Shown one piece after another: positions 41,410-54,000 of a stretch of 64,000 bases of DNA. The stretch comes from Octopus vulgaris (lineage: Eukaryota), in contig OX597815.1 of assembly GCA_951406725.2 (NCBI GenBank), positions 83,886,001 to 83,950,000 of the forward strand. The letters are read 5' to 3'. Position numbers and translations under genes: made by a program. The notes under the pieces are model-generated. The model saw only the letters and a program-made list of their open reading frames with translations, was not told the DNA's origin and searched no databases. Position 1 is the stretch's first letter. Every line of letters starts with the position of its first letter.

Positions 41410-41810
41410 TGGTCTGGACTTCAATGATTTCATCATAGTTGTACTCGGTTACACTATATGTACCAACAAGAAAAAAAGATCATTTTATGGCTTATACCCA
41501 ACAAGGTTATAGAGAAACGAACTTGTCATAGAGAAAACGAACAATGACTTAAAACACTGAATTAAGACAAGTGATGTAAGTTAGGATTGCTGCTGCACAT
41601 GACCAATATATAGCCACTAATGAATACAAGAATATGATAACGGAAACTAGGTTATCACCAAGTGTAAACTCTATAATCAATACACTGAGACAGATTAACA
41701 ATCCTTAACTGCATCTCCAAGTCTTTCCTTGCGATCACGTTAACAAAATATATTACAAATCTATAAATGGGCAAAAAAATACTCATTTACAACATGTTGG
41801 AGCAATGTGA
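41410..41810 (+). pseudogene. Very decayed R4/Dong-type ORF remnant (pre-Zn-knuckle region)
   Basis: IAAAHDQYIATNEYKNMI..KCKLYNQYTET resembles the AAQDQ..T.NY..CRxC..ET consensus. Confidence 0.45.
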
Positions 41811-41830
41811 GAGGTGAATTGTATTGCCAG

Positions 41831-42271
41831 TCTGCTCAATACCACAGATTTGCTTGTCAGTTATTTGACCTTAACCAGTTGACCATGTCTTTTATTGGCT
41901 GACGATATGTGCATCTCTGATCATGAGCAGAAGTAGTGGGGGAGCATCATAGCCGTGTGTTCAAAGGAATTCTTTAGGGTTTGGATAATCCACCTTTGGA
42001 AACATAGGTGGTTCATTCACTATAATTAAACAATCCTTATTCAAGGACCTTTTGAGCGGATGGGCTACTCGACCAGAAGAAAATTCTAACTGGGCCCCAC
42101 CTGCAAGGTCATGCTCTGTTTATCTTGATATGAGATCACCATATATCGCACATATGGTTGTGATGCATGTGCCTGGTGTACCCTTATCAGACTGGTAGTC
42201 ATGATGAGTATACTGGGCTTTGTATATTTTACCCCAGTGTCACTTTGATGGCATGCACTGCTCTCTCACTC
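41831..42271 (+). mobile_element. ~540-bp TAA-associated element, copy 3 (5'-truncated)
   Basis: Collinear with copy 5; ends ctctctcactc then (AAT)n/(AAC)n. Confidence 0.9.
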
Positions 42272-42310
42272 AATAATAATAATAATAACAACAACAACAA
42301 CAACAACAAC

Positions 42311-42365
<55 letters not shown>

Positions 42366-42383
42366 GTAATGATAATAATAATA

Positions 42384-42418
<35 letters not shown>

Positions 42419-42439
42419 AATAATAACTTTTATTTGCTG

Positions 42440-42635
42440 CAGGCACAAGGCCAGTAGCCTTTAGGGTAGAGGCGAAGTCGTATATACCGCCCCCAGTATT
42501 TGACTGATTCTTCATTTTATAGTCGCCGAAAGAATGATGGACAAAATTAATCTCGGTTAGTATTAGAATTAAAGACCCGAAAGGAAACCTGCAAAGCAGT
42601 TTGTCTGACGTGTTAATAATTCTGTCACCTGACGA
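42440..42635 (-). mobile_element. Decayed SINE family B copy
   Basis: aggcacaaggcc..cccccagtatttgactg..ccgaaagaatga. Confidence 0.5.
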
Positions 42636-42759
42636 ATATTTATTTATGATAATTTATTTGCCACGTAGGCAGTAGTTTTCGATATGGTCTTTCTTGTTTT
42701 GGTGGTTGTTGGTTTCGTAAAATATGTTATCGTTGAAGTTTGTATTCCTGTTGTTTGTG

Positions 42760-43100
42760 AGGCAGGGAATGGCTGCACTAGTTAGTTTGCTTACAATCGT
42801 GAGGTTGTGAGTTCGATCTGCGGACCGGGCTGTGTGTTTTCTTCTTGAGCAAGACTCTTTGCTCCTGTTCACTCAGCTGTAGAAATGAGTTGCGATGTCA
42901 CTGGTGCCAAGCTGTATCAGCCTTTGCCCTTCTCTTAGAAAACATCGGTGACGTAGCAGAGGGCAGATTGGTATGCATGGACGACTGCTGGTCTTCCACA
43001 AACAACCTTGCCCAGACTTTTGCTTCCGAGGGGAAGGTTCTAGGTGTAATCCCATGGCCATTCGCAACCGAAGGGGCTCTTTACTCCCTTCGCCCTTCAC
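42760..43100 (+). mobile_element. tRNA-derived SINE of a further family (CORE/V-like central region)
   Basis: B box gtgagttcgatc, then cttgagcaagac..ttcactcagctgtagaaatgagt. Confidence 0.6.
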
Positions 43101-43484
43101 CCATTGATGTCATCGTTGTTGTTATTATTCATGTTGACACTTTGAGATAAATTTGATGTTTTTTTAGGCTTTTGTAACAACGGTTTTTATTGTACTCCTT
43201 TCTAGCAGGAGTGGAAGTTCTTCGTCTGGATGGCAGGGTTGGAGTGAATTCAGGTAGATCTTTTCGCACACTACTCCTAAGGTTGTTGGAAAATTAGACT
43301 TAATATTATGAAGTGGAATGAATTTTTGTGAGTAGCATGTAGCCACTTCCGTGCTCGAAACGAGAACATGAGTATTTCTGCTGCTGTCCAGTCAGTTTTT
43401 GAAAACACACGTAAGCCAATGAGATGACTGAGATGGATAAGTAGGAAGAATTATATAAACGATTTACCATAATCAAACCAATCG

Positions 43485-43972
<488 letters not shown>

Positions 43973-43999
43973 GTCTATGTATTATTATTATTATTGTTA

Positions 44000-44066
<67 letters not shown>

Positions 44067-44127
44067 CATTATTATTATTATTTTTATTATTATTGTTATT
44101 ATTATATTTTAAAAAAGGATTGACGTA

Positions 44128-45335
44128 ACTTTTCACGAAGGTAAGCAGTCAAGACGAAGAGCGCGATTCGATTGTAATAGATATTTTATTGGTTGAACGA
44201 TATTTCAACAGTAAGCCTGTCTTTGTCAAGTTCAAAATAAGAAGTGATAAAAATTCTAAATTATTAGAAATTTAAATGTAAAGTACGAACGAGAGCAACC
44301 AGCGTCCACAAGTTGATGGAGTGACATCATCAGTCTTTAAGTTTCAATTTTATATCAGGCGAAAGGAAAAAGACGGAAAAAAGAAGACACAAAAATAGAT
44401 AGAAATAAGGAGGAAAGGAAAAGAAGAATATTTAATCAAACAGTTTTGTATAAATTTGATGATATTCTCCTGTCATTTTATTCATTCCTCCCGGGCGTGA
44501 TGCTAATATCGCGCAAACATATTTCTCCTCATGCATTCTGAGGAGGTAAAGTGATGCAGATTCAGAATATTTTCTGAGAATATGAACTTTCAAGTCTTTT
44601 TCAAAACTGCAGCCATTTGAAACGAAATGTTCGACAAGTTCTGTCAAACTACTGTTATTGTGCCTGACGTTGAATCTGTGCCCATTAAACCTTTTGTATA
44701 ATTGTTCTGTTGTACAAACAACTTAATTCGAGTTGTGTTTCGTGCATTCTGCCGCATATACCAAATGGGAATATTTGCATGTCCCATCTTCTGTATAAAA
44801 CATAACATTTCTGCTATGATTCCTGATGGAATTCATTTGACTCATGTTGTTGCACAATGAACAGGGCTTACCTCTTTTGTGGCTGTGTTTCAAGGTACAG
44901 CGTGCAGATACTCCAATGTTCGTTTTCTTGGAATCAGAAATAGAGGTCAATAATTCTCTTATATTCTTATTCCGTCTAAATGCTACAATAGGCGGCTGAG
45001 AAAATATCTGTTTGAAACGAAGATATTTTTTCGCCACATGCTGGTAACTTTTATGCAACATTTTTGAAATTCCAGCGAAATTTCGGTACCAGTTAATCAC
45101 TAAAGGAATTCTGTCATCTATTGTATTATGTTTGCTAGAATTATGCGTAAAGGTTTGACTATCTTTTCTAATCTAAGCTATTTCATTTGCTATTTCCTTT
45201 AATCGTGATTCACTGTAACAGCGTTTGACACAATGAAATTATGCGTGAAAGTTTGACTATCATAGCTAATCTAAGCTATTTCATTTGCTATTTCCTTTAA
45301 TCGTGATTCACTGCAACCGCATTTGACATAATGAT
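44128..45335 (-). mobile_element. Penelope-like element, 5'-truncated: RT C-terminus, Cys-rich linker, GIY-YIG endonuclease pseudogene, 3' UTR with hammerhead
   Basis: RIPLVINWY..FSQPPIVAFRRNKNIRELL..CSLCNNM..TCKYSHLVYAAECTKHNSN*VVCTTEQLYKRFNGHRF..LVEHF..EEKYV..PGGMN; TAA stop in the YIG motif. Confidence 0.88.
44193..44235 (-). ncRNA. Variant minimal hammerhead motif in the Penelope 3' UTR
   Basis: Minus: TTGAAC-TTGACAA-A-GACAG gctta CTGTT-GAAA-TA-TC-GTTCAA, 6-bp stem I, followed by AATAAA. Confidence 0.6.
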
Positions 45336-45360
45336 GTACATCATTATGTCAAACGCGGTT

Positions 45361-45730
45361 ACTTGCCGAACATTTCTTTTCAAACGGCTGCAATTTTGAA
45401 AAAAGACTTGAAAGTGCATATTCTCAGAAAATATTCTGAACCTGCTTCACTTTCACTTCCCAAAATGCATCAGGAGAAATATGTTTGCGCGTTATTAACT
45501 CCACGGCCTGGAGGAATGTATAAAATGACAGGCGAATATCATCAAATTTATACAAAAGTGTTCGATTACAGATACTTCTTTTTCTCTTTTTCTTTACTCT
45601 TTTTTTCTGTCTTTTTCCTGTCTTCTTTTACTGTTTTTTCTTTTCACCTGTTATAAAATTGAAACTTAAATATTGATGATGTCATTTCATCAACGTGTGG
45701 ATGCTGGTTGCTTTTGTTCATACCTTACAT
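45361..45730 (+). mobile_element. Inverted pseudo-LTR of the same Penelope element
   Basis: Reverse-complement homologue of ~44275-44642 (KKDLKVHILRKYSE..PGGMYKMTGEYHQIYTK). Confidence 0.88.
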
Positions 45731-45735
45731 ATACG

Positions 45736-46279
45736 GATGCAATACCAGGCAGTAGCCCTCGTGGCTTCTGAACTCAACTGATTGGAAGTGTTATCATATA
45801 CATGTTTTGTCTTGGTACGAAAGATGGGCTACGGCAAATATTCTACTCAATTCTACAGATCTGCTTGCTGGTTACTTGGCCTTAACAAGTTGAACATGTC
45901 CCTCAGTGGCTGGCGATATGTACATCCTTGATCACGAGCAAACGTACTAGGGAGCAGCGTAGCCATGTGCAGAGGTGGAATTTTGGGGGATTTGAATAAT
46001 TCACTTCTGGAAACATGGGTGTTGCGTCAATCATCTTTAAACAATCCTTATTCAGGAACCTTTTGGAATATGCTACTCGATCTGGAGAATATTCAAACTT
46101 GGCCCCGTCTGTAAGGTCATATGCTGTTTATCTTGATAGAGGTCACCATATCGCGCAAATATGGCCGTGATGCACGTGCCTGGAATACCCTTATCAGACA
46201 CGTTGTCATGGTGGGTATATTGTGTTTCGTTTATTTGTGCTCATGTTTCACTTTAATGGCATACGCTGGACTCTCACTC
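45736..46279 (+). mobile_element. ~540-bp TAA-associated element, copy 4 (more diverged)
   Basis: gatgcaataccaggcagt...ctctcactc then (AAT)n. Confidence 0.85.
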
Positions 46280-46319
<40 letters not shown>

Positions 46320-46328
46320 GTGGTAGTG

Positions 46329-46376
<48 letters not shown>

Positions 46377-46659
46377 ATAAACCGCAGCCAATAGGAAGCA
46401 GCATGGACGTGTGAAAGCGAGCTCTCGGGAAGATTAGATCAATTCTGAAAACGTCACGAACCAGAAATTAAGTATCCACGAGAACAATGAAAGAACATAT
46501 GTAAGCCATCTCAGGAAACTGGAGTATATACATACAAAAAATAACTTCCATCAGATACGCCACGTGCGTGAAAATGTAGACACATGGATTGCAATATTTC
46601 TATACGAAAACTGCAAATTTGTGAGTAGAATATTAAATTTAATATTTCAATTATTACAT

Positions 46660-46697
46660 AGGCGCAGGAGTGGCTGTGTGGTAAGTAGCTTGCTTCC
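46660..46697 (+). mobile_element. Isolated head of SINE family A
   Basis: aggcgcaggagtggctgtgtggtaagtagcttgctt. Confidence 0.65.
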
Positions 46698-47790
46698 CCC
46701 AAGAAGGTTGGTTCTGCGTATGTGCGAGTCAATGTTGTGTTTGGCATTGAAGTGGTGAGACATGCTTTTGAAGCCGTCTCAAATTGAAAAATTTTGAAGC
46801 TCCATTTGTAAGGTAAGATTCTGTTTTTTGGGTCCAGTGGGAATTTTTGCTGAGAATTTTTTTGTACAGGCAGGAACTCCTACTGGATTCAGAATTCTGG
46901 TTCTGCCCGCATAGAGCGAATATTTTTTCTCGCTTAATTGTGAGAATTTCTGTTTGGGGGGGGGAGCGTATTCATCTTCCTAGTTAGCGGTTTATGTTGA
47001 GTGAATATGTTTCTCACTTAATTATGAGAATTGTTGCTTGGAGGAGTATTGTGCCTACTAAAAATTTGTTCATTTTTGAAGAATTTTAAAATAATTGTGA
47101 GAACTGCTGTTTAGGGGAGTGTCTTTGCCTCTGAAGATTGAAAAATTTTTCTTCTGCCTTTATTTGTTTAATTCCGTCTTAGAGAAAAAGGTCGACGTCA
47201 GGGTGAGCGATTTTGCTTTTTCTGGGCTGGGTAGAATTATTGTTTCATTTTTATTACAGTATATTCTGCCCTGCTCTGGCGCAATATCACTTACTCTTGG
47301 CGGTGAATTTGTTGCTTGTTTTGCAAGCAAGGTGTGTGTGGCTTGTTGCCGGTGAACTTGCTTGAACAACCGGAGAAGCAAGCCGTAATTTTTTGAAGTA
47401 AATTGTTGATTTTCTACAGTGGAGAAAAATTGAAGAATTATTATTGTTTTCAAACCAACTAAGAGGTTTCGAAAATTATGGATTTGAAGAAGAGATTAAA
47501 TTTTTTTTTTTTTTGCTTAGATCCAAGCAAAGAACTGGATTTTACCATCAAATTGAGAGCTGCAAAGGAGTCGGGATCGAATAGGGTCTGAGTATCATTG
47601 TGGCCTGAATTTTTTCTGCCTGGAACTATATATTTTTATTTACTCTTTGTGAACTGTTGCTTTTCCTTTTTCTTTCTTTATGAACTATTTTTGGTATGAA
47701 CTATTATTTTCATTTCTTCCGCCTTTATTGAACAGTTTTCTCTATTTTTCCTGTGTTTAGAATTTTTGATTGTTGGTTAATTTATGTGGA

Positions 47791-47858
47791 CATTAGTTCA
47801 CTGGTAGTGAACATCTCACACTGTAGTACATCTCCAGCGTTAGAAGCTGTGCAAAGGC
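47791..47858 (+). mobile_element. Terminal 3' UTR of R4/Dong-type element with (AAC)n(AAT)n tail
   Basis: ttagttcactggtagtgaac..ctgtagtacatctccagcgttag matches 29278-29328. Confidence 0.75.
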
Positions 47859-47870
47859 AACAACAACAAT

Positions 47871-47909
<39 letters not shown>

Positions 47910-48062
47910 AATAATAATAATAATAATCACCTAATATAATAATGAGCGTCGTGTATATATATATATATATATATATAAAGACAAGATCGTTATTTAAATA
48001 TCGATCTTATCAAGTGGCCAGCAAGGGAATAAAAAAACTTCAAAGGTAATAATTATTATTAA

Positions 48063-48268
48063 AATTATAATTTAGGGCAGCTAAGAGATACTACCATGCT
48101 GGAAATAGCAGCCAAAACTTGACTCTAAAACCACATTAAGTGTTCATACAGAGAGAAGACAAAAGAAACTCTTCTGGTATTGTATGAACATTTAATGTGG
48201 TTTTAGAGTCAAGTTTTGACTGCTATTCCCAGCGTGGTGGTATCTCTTAGATACCCGAAATTATAATT
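48063..48268. repeat. Fold-back (MITE-like) element with ~88-bp inverted arms and ~30-bp spacer
   Basis: 48063-48150 is a near-complement of 48181-48268 (e.g. aaaacttgactctaaaaccacattaa / ttaatgtggttttagagtcaagtttt). Confidence 0.9.
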
Positions 48269-48282
48269 TGTATATATCTATC

Positions 48283-48329
<47 letters not shown>

Positions 48330-48870
48330 TTGTCCAGAACCACACCGGAGGCGGAAGAGAAAAGAAAATAGTAATTCAGTGAAGGAGTGAGAATAATAGC
48401 CCTGTCTGAGAGGGAGTGATAGAAAATAATAGCAATGAGAGTAAAGGAAAGAGTGATAAATGAATAAGGAAGGATAGGATGAAAACAAATCAGCGTTTCA
48501 ACTTTGTGTGTATATGTGTGCGCGTGTTCAAGGGAAGTATGTGAAAGTTTGTATGTGTGATTATTATGTAGCTTATTTTGTACTTAATTTATATATAAAA
48601 TACTACAATTAGCCGTCATTATTGACGGCTCGTGGTCAACTAGTAATAATAATAATATCACCCAATCTGAAAAAAACCATCTGAAAACCTTAGAAGTACC
48701 CTACAATCTAGATCTATTGCAAAAGTTGACATTACTTGTAACTGCATGCATATTGCGTAAACTACTGTCTGTTTAAGGTCCTTGTTGTGACTTGACAAAC
48801 AGTAGAAACCCCTGGTAGTCACAATATCTTCAAACAACAACCTCACGATATTGTATACTGTGCAACGTCT

Positions 48871-48925
<55 letters not shown>

Positions 48926-48928
<3 letters not shown>

Positions 48929-49465
48929 CAGGCAGTGGCTCTCATGGCTTCTGATCTTAACTGATTGGAAGTGTTATCATGTACATTGTTTTGTCTTGGT
49001 ATAAAAGATGGGCTACAGCAAATATTCTGCTCAATACCACAGATTTGCTTGTCAGTTGTTTGACCTTAACCAGTTGAGCATGTCCCTTAGTGGCTGACGA
49101 TATGTGCATCTCTGATCACGAGCAGAAGTAGTGGGGGAGCATCATAGCCATGTGTTGAGAAGGATTCTTTGGGGTTTGAATAATTCACCTCTGGAAACAT
49201 GGGTGTTTCGTTCAACGTCCTTAAACAACCCTTTCAGGGACCTTTTGAGCGGGATGCGTTACTCGATCTGAAGAAAATTCTAACTGGGCTCCACCTGCAA
49301 GGTCATGTGCTGTTTATCTTGATATGAGATCACCATGTCGCGCACATATGGTTGTGATGCATGTGCCTGGTGTACCCTTATCAGACGGGTAGTCATGATG
49401 GGTATACTGGGCTTCGTATATTTTACCCCAGTGTCACTTTGATGGCATGCTCTGCTCGCTCACTC
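48926..49465 (+). mobile_element. ~540-bp TAA-associated element, copy 5
   Basis: Embedded in (TAA)n on both sides; very similar to copy 2. Confidence 0.9.
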
Positions 49466-49491
49466 AATAATAATAATAATAATGATAAAGC

Positions 49492-49761
49492 GCCCTGATG
49501 CAGAACTAGGTAGTGGCTCTCCTGGCTTCTGATCTTAACTGATTGGACGTGTTATCATGTACATTGTTTTAACTTGGTATAAAAATGGACTACAGCAAAT
49601 ATTCTGCTCAATACCACAGATTTGCTTGTCAGTTGTTTGACCTTAACCAGTTGAGCATGTCCCTTAGTGGCTGACGATATGTACATCTCTGATCACGAGC
49701 ATGTGTATAGTGTACCCTTATCAGCCGGGTAGTCATGATAGGTATACTGGACTTCGTATAT
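49492..49761 (+). mobile_element. ~540-bp element, copy 6 (tandem, internally deleted)
   Basis: Starts gccctgatgca; jumps from gatcacgagca to tgtg..tgtacccttatcag. Confidence 0.85.
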
Positions 49762-51001
49762 AATAATAATTATAATAATAATAATAATAACGCGCATAAT
49801 AATAATACACTTAACACTATCTCAGAGAAGTTTGATGATGGCAACAATATTATTCTGATTTTTAAATTCAAAACATCAACGATGAGAAGGATGACGATGC
49901 TTATGATGATAGTGCTGGTTGTGGTGGTGCGACTGATTGTTGTATATTGGTGGGTGGTTGAGTGTGAGTGGTAGTGAACTCTGAATGGTGGCGGATGTGT
50001 AGATAACAACGACGACGACGACAATCATGCTGATCAGTGTAATGGCCTATATAATTACCATAATGAGTATAATGATCGTGATTATGAAAATGTTAATATA
50101 CGCCTTTATCTTCATCGCCCTTTTTTTGCAACTTAGTCAATAACCTGAGGTGAAGGGAATGCAAAAAGCTTATTGATTAAATATAAGCCTAAAAAATAAT
50201 CGATTGTTCTGTTAGAGTTGAAGCATGTATGTATATACGCAAACAAAAAAAAAACCGAATTTGACTACAAACGAAATCATATTTATTGTTTTATTTTTTA
50301 CGTATTTATTTGGCCTGAATTTCAGCAGGATAATACAAAATTGAGTCTGAACTACAAACGAAAATAAAGGAAGATACCTACAATCGCACGCACACCACAC
50401 GCATGCACGCATGCACACATGCACACATACACACACATACATACACAAATATGTATGTATGTATGTATGTATCTAGGTAAAATAGATCTCTGTTAGAAAA
50501 CTAGAATCTTTCGGTTCTCATAAAATATTCTGTATTTGTGCTTTGATTTCATTTTCTTTAAAAGTAATCATACAAGAACAACAACTAAACATAAATGTAT
50601 TCATATACATGCAAATATATGTACATACAGATGCATACGCATATATATATATATGTGTGTGTGTTTATGTATGTATGTATGAGTACGCCTGCCATTGTTT
50701 TCTTGTCTTAACATCGTGTAAAAGTTGTAATTGCATATCACTTGCATGCTAGAGATGTTCCGAGAAAACATGTTTGCCCATGAGGAAACATTACCTTCTT
50801 CGTGAATAGTTGAGAGTTGACAAAAAGAAGGACATACGTCCATAGAACCCTGTCTGACCCATGCGACTATAAAATGCAAACGTTGTTGAAAGGTGGTGAT
50901 GATGATGATATATAACCAAAGTAGTACGGAAGAAATATATCATACCCCATATATAGATGTGCATATATATGGACATAGAAATATGTGTGTGTATGTATGT
51001 G

Positions 51002-51049
<48 letters not shown>

Positions 51050-54000
51050 GACATATAAATATGTGTGTGTATGTGTATATATATATAGAGAGAGAGAGCG
51101 GGGGGAGGGAGGGAGAGAAATATTGGTATCTAGAAGACCCAAGGTTGCAGGTAATTCTATGTAAGTGCTATGGAAGGACCGTAGTTAAACGGTTGGTTCG
51201 ATAATGATACGAGTGAGGAGTCTAATGCGGGTCTTGTATGAGCAGGTATATGTTAAATTTATTTAAAACACACACACACATACCCATATATGAATCTCTG
51301 TAGTTATATGAACGGCGGTGTTATGGATACGGCAGTTGTATCTTGTAATGATCAAGATAATGACTACCACTGCCGATACCACCACCACCAACAACAACAT
51401 ACGATCGCACCCTTGACGATGGCTAAATCAAAGATGACTGCTATGACCACCGTCAGGGTGACGACAATGACAACAAACCAGACGATGACGATGATGATGA
51501 TGATGAGTAAGTGGAGGAGGAGGAGGAGGGAAAGAGGAGAACGACATGGATTATAATAATGATATTGATCATCTCCATCATTATCATCGTCGACTTCTTT
51601 ACCGTTAACATCGTCATAAATAGAGTGGTCCTGCTGTTTTATTTTATGGGTGCAGGTAACGTGTTGAAATATCGCCTCTACATCGCTTGTAAAAAAAAAG
51701 GCACTCGTCACCTACATTTAGTTTTGTAAGTAAAACAGGTAAAAATTCGAAGTGTGAGTTCATAGGAAGGGGAAGACAGAGGTTGGATAGTGGAAAATGG
51801 ACGAGAGAATTAAAGTTGGGCTGAATAGGAGGCTTATAGCACAAAACTTATCCCACAGTTGTTAATCCTTTAACATGAAGTGAATATCGATGTTAACTTC
51901 AGTGAGGGTAGTTTGTATTACAACTACACTATCATTGTATACTCATGATCTACCAGAATGAATCAATTTGTGTCATTTAATTACTGCAATGAATTCATTA
52001 TTTCAATCTTTGTACGTTAGACATAACATTTCAAAAGTTAAATAAAATATCCAAACGTTTCAGATAATTATTTCTATTATCTTTACTGTGGCCACCTATT
52101 TAACAATCGAAAGTTTTTTTGACATCGAACTATTGACAAGTAAACGTGTATTGGACCCTATGGGACTTTATTCATCAATCAACCAAACAGCCTCTTCTTT
52201 GTCGTTCGGCCTGCTCGAAAGTACAGATAATTACAGATTTGGAAACATTAAGTTTTGTTTTGAGAAATTCATCATATACACACACACACATACACACACT
52301 CGCACACGCACACTCACACACACTCATACATACTCTCTCTTTCTCTCTCTCCTTTTCTTTCTCTCCCCACTTTCTCTCTCTCTCTCTCTCCCCTCGCAGA
52401 ATGCTTCATGTATCATGAGTCACAAAAAAACACCTTTCTCGAATGCTTTTTAAACTGTAAAATATTTTCTCTCCATGAGACGTATCCAACTTTGTAAAAT
52501 GTCTGACTTCTGATGTACTAACGATTCCAATCAAAGATGAAATAGAACTAACATGGCTACCAACGACTAGAAATTTAAAGATATTTATAATGTGTAGAAA
52601 AAACAATTATTAAATGCCCATATTGTGTACACTTTCTTCTTTACTTTTTGATTTAAATTCCAATCTTCCAAACCCAACTACCCTTAACTTAATCTAAATG
52701 GGATTATCTTCCGTATGAGATACATCACAGGGGTACATCATGTGTTTTATTAGAATATTATTCTAAGCGTTATTTTATTTAATATTTATGACGTTTTCTC
52801 AAGAAACTAACCACGATTGCTGTAATTACTACGTTATGGTCATAGACATGCTCCAATATGAATAACTTATTCAATACATTTTAAAGAGTCCAACGCTGGA
52901 AAGTTTGGCAGATAGGTTCTAATCTAAAGTGTGAGTTATCCTAAGTCTATTTGTATGTATTCATATATTTTTCATCTATGCATTGTGCTTTTAATACCAC
53001 AAGTATCAGTTCCTGAATTCGTATAAGTAACTCTGTATGGACTACTGCAAGGTTTAGCTTGTAATACGGTAGATACATCAAGAGATATACTGTTATTAAA
53101 TTAACCCGTTAGAAATAACAACCATGTGTCCTTCAGTCACAACATACTATACTCATAGCTGAACATAGGGGAGTTAAAGATAGTTTGTGGTTAAACCACA
53201 GTAACAATAATATCAATAGCTTTCTATTACAAATTCTGTACTAGGAAAACAACGTTAAAATCTCATAATTCAAATTTTGTTATGTTAAAGACAGAGAGCT
53301 TAGTAGGTTAAAAGACTAGTATCGTCACTGAAAATATACACGTATACACGCATACACACATAATAAAGACATTCATTCAATGACACACAGGCATATACAT
53401 ACACATATTCATTCGCAATCAATGTCGAACAATTCCTTAAAATCATACAGGCAGGAAGATGCCTCTGCATTGATTATTACAGCACGTATCAATAATTGCT
53501 TTATTTCGTTGAACAGTCGAGTTAATCATAAGGCTTGCCAACGACATTCATGGAGTCTAGAGCTGTTAGCCAATCAGGTATCAAGAGAGATGTGGATATT
53601 TCCAACCATGGGAATTTCTCTAATGTAATTGAAGAATATTCCACAAAGAGATATAAAATGGGTCTGACAATATTTTGCTAAATTGATTTCGTGGTTATTA
53701 CATTTTTTCCGCATTTCACTCACAAAATTCTTATCAAACTTATTGCAGATAGTCAGCGAAAGAGAAATAAACAGGTAGTTGTATATACATGTGTGTGTGT
53801 GTATGTGTAAGTCTGTGTTTGTTTGTGTGCATGTGTATGCTTCCCTTCGGGCATGGTCGGTAAATATAAATGTGAAGAATAGGCGATTGGAGAACACTTC
53901 AATTGTTTACTTGGCTGCACATGCAAAATTGTCTGAAATGGATGTATAGTGATATTAATATATACATATATACATTCAGACAGGGAAGAAAGAGAGAGAG

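Noticed and set aside
43175-43235. Hammerhead-like CAGACGAAG...AAAACCGTTGT on the minus strand
   Set aside because: Both core boxes are mutated and there is no stem I pairing
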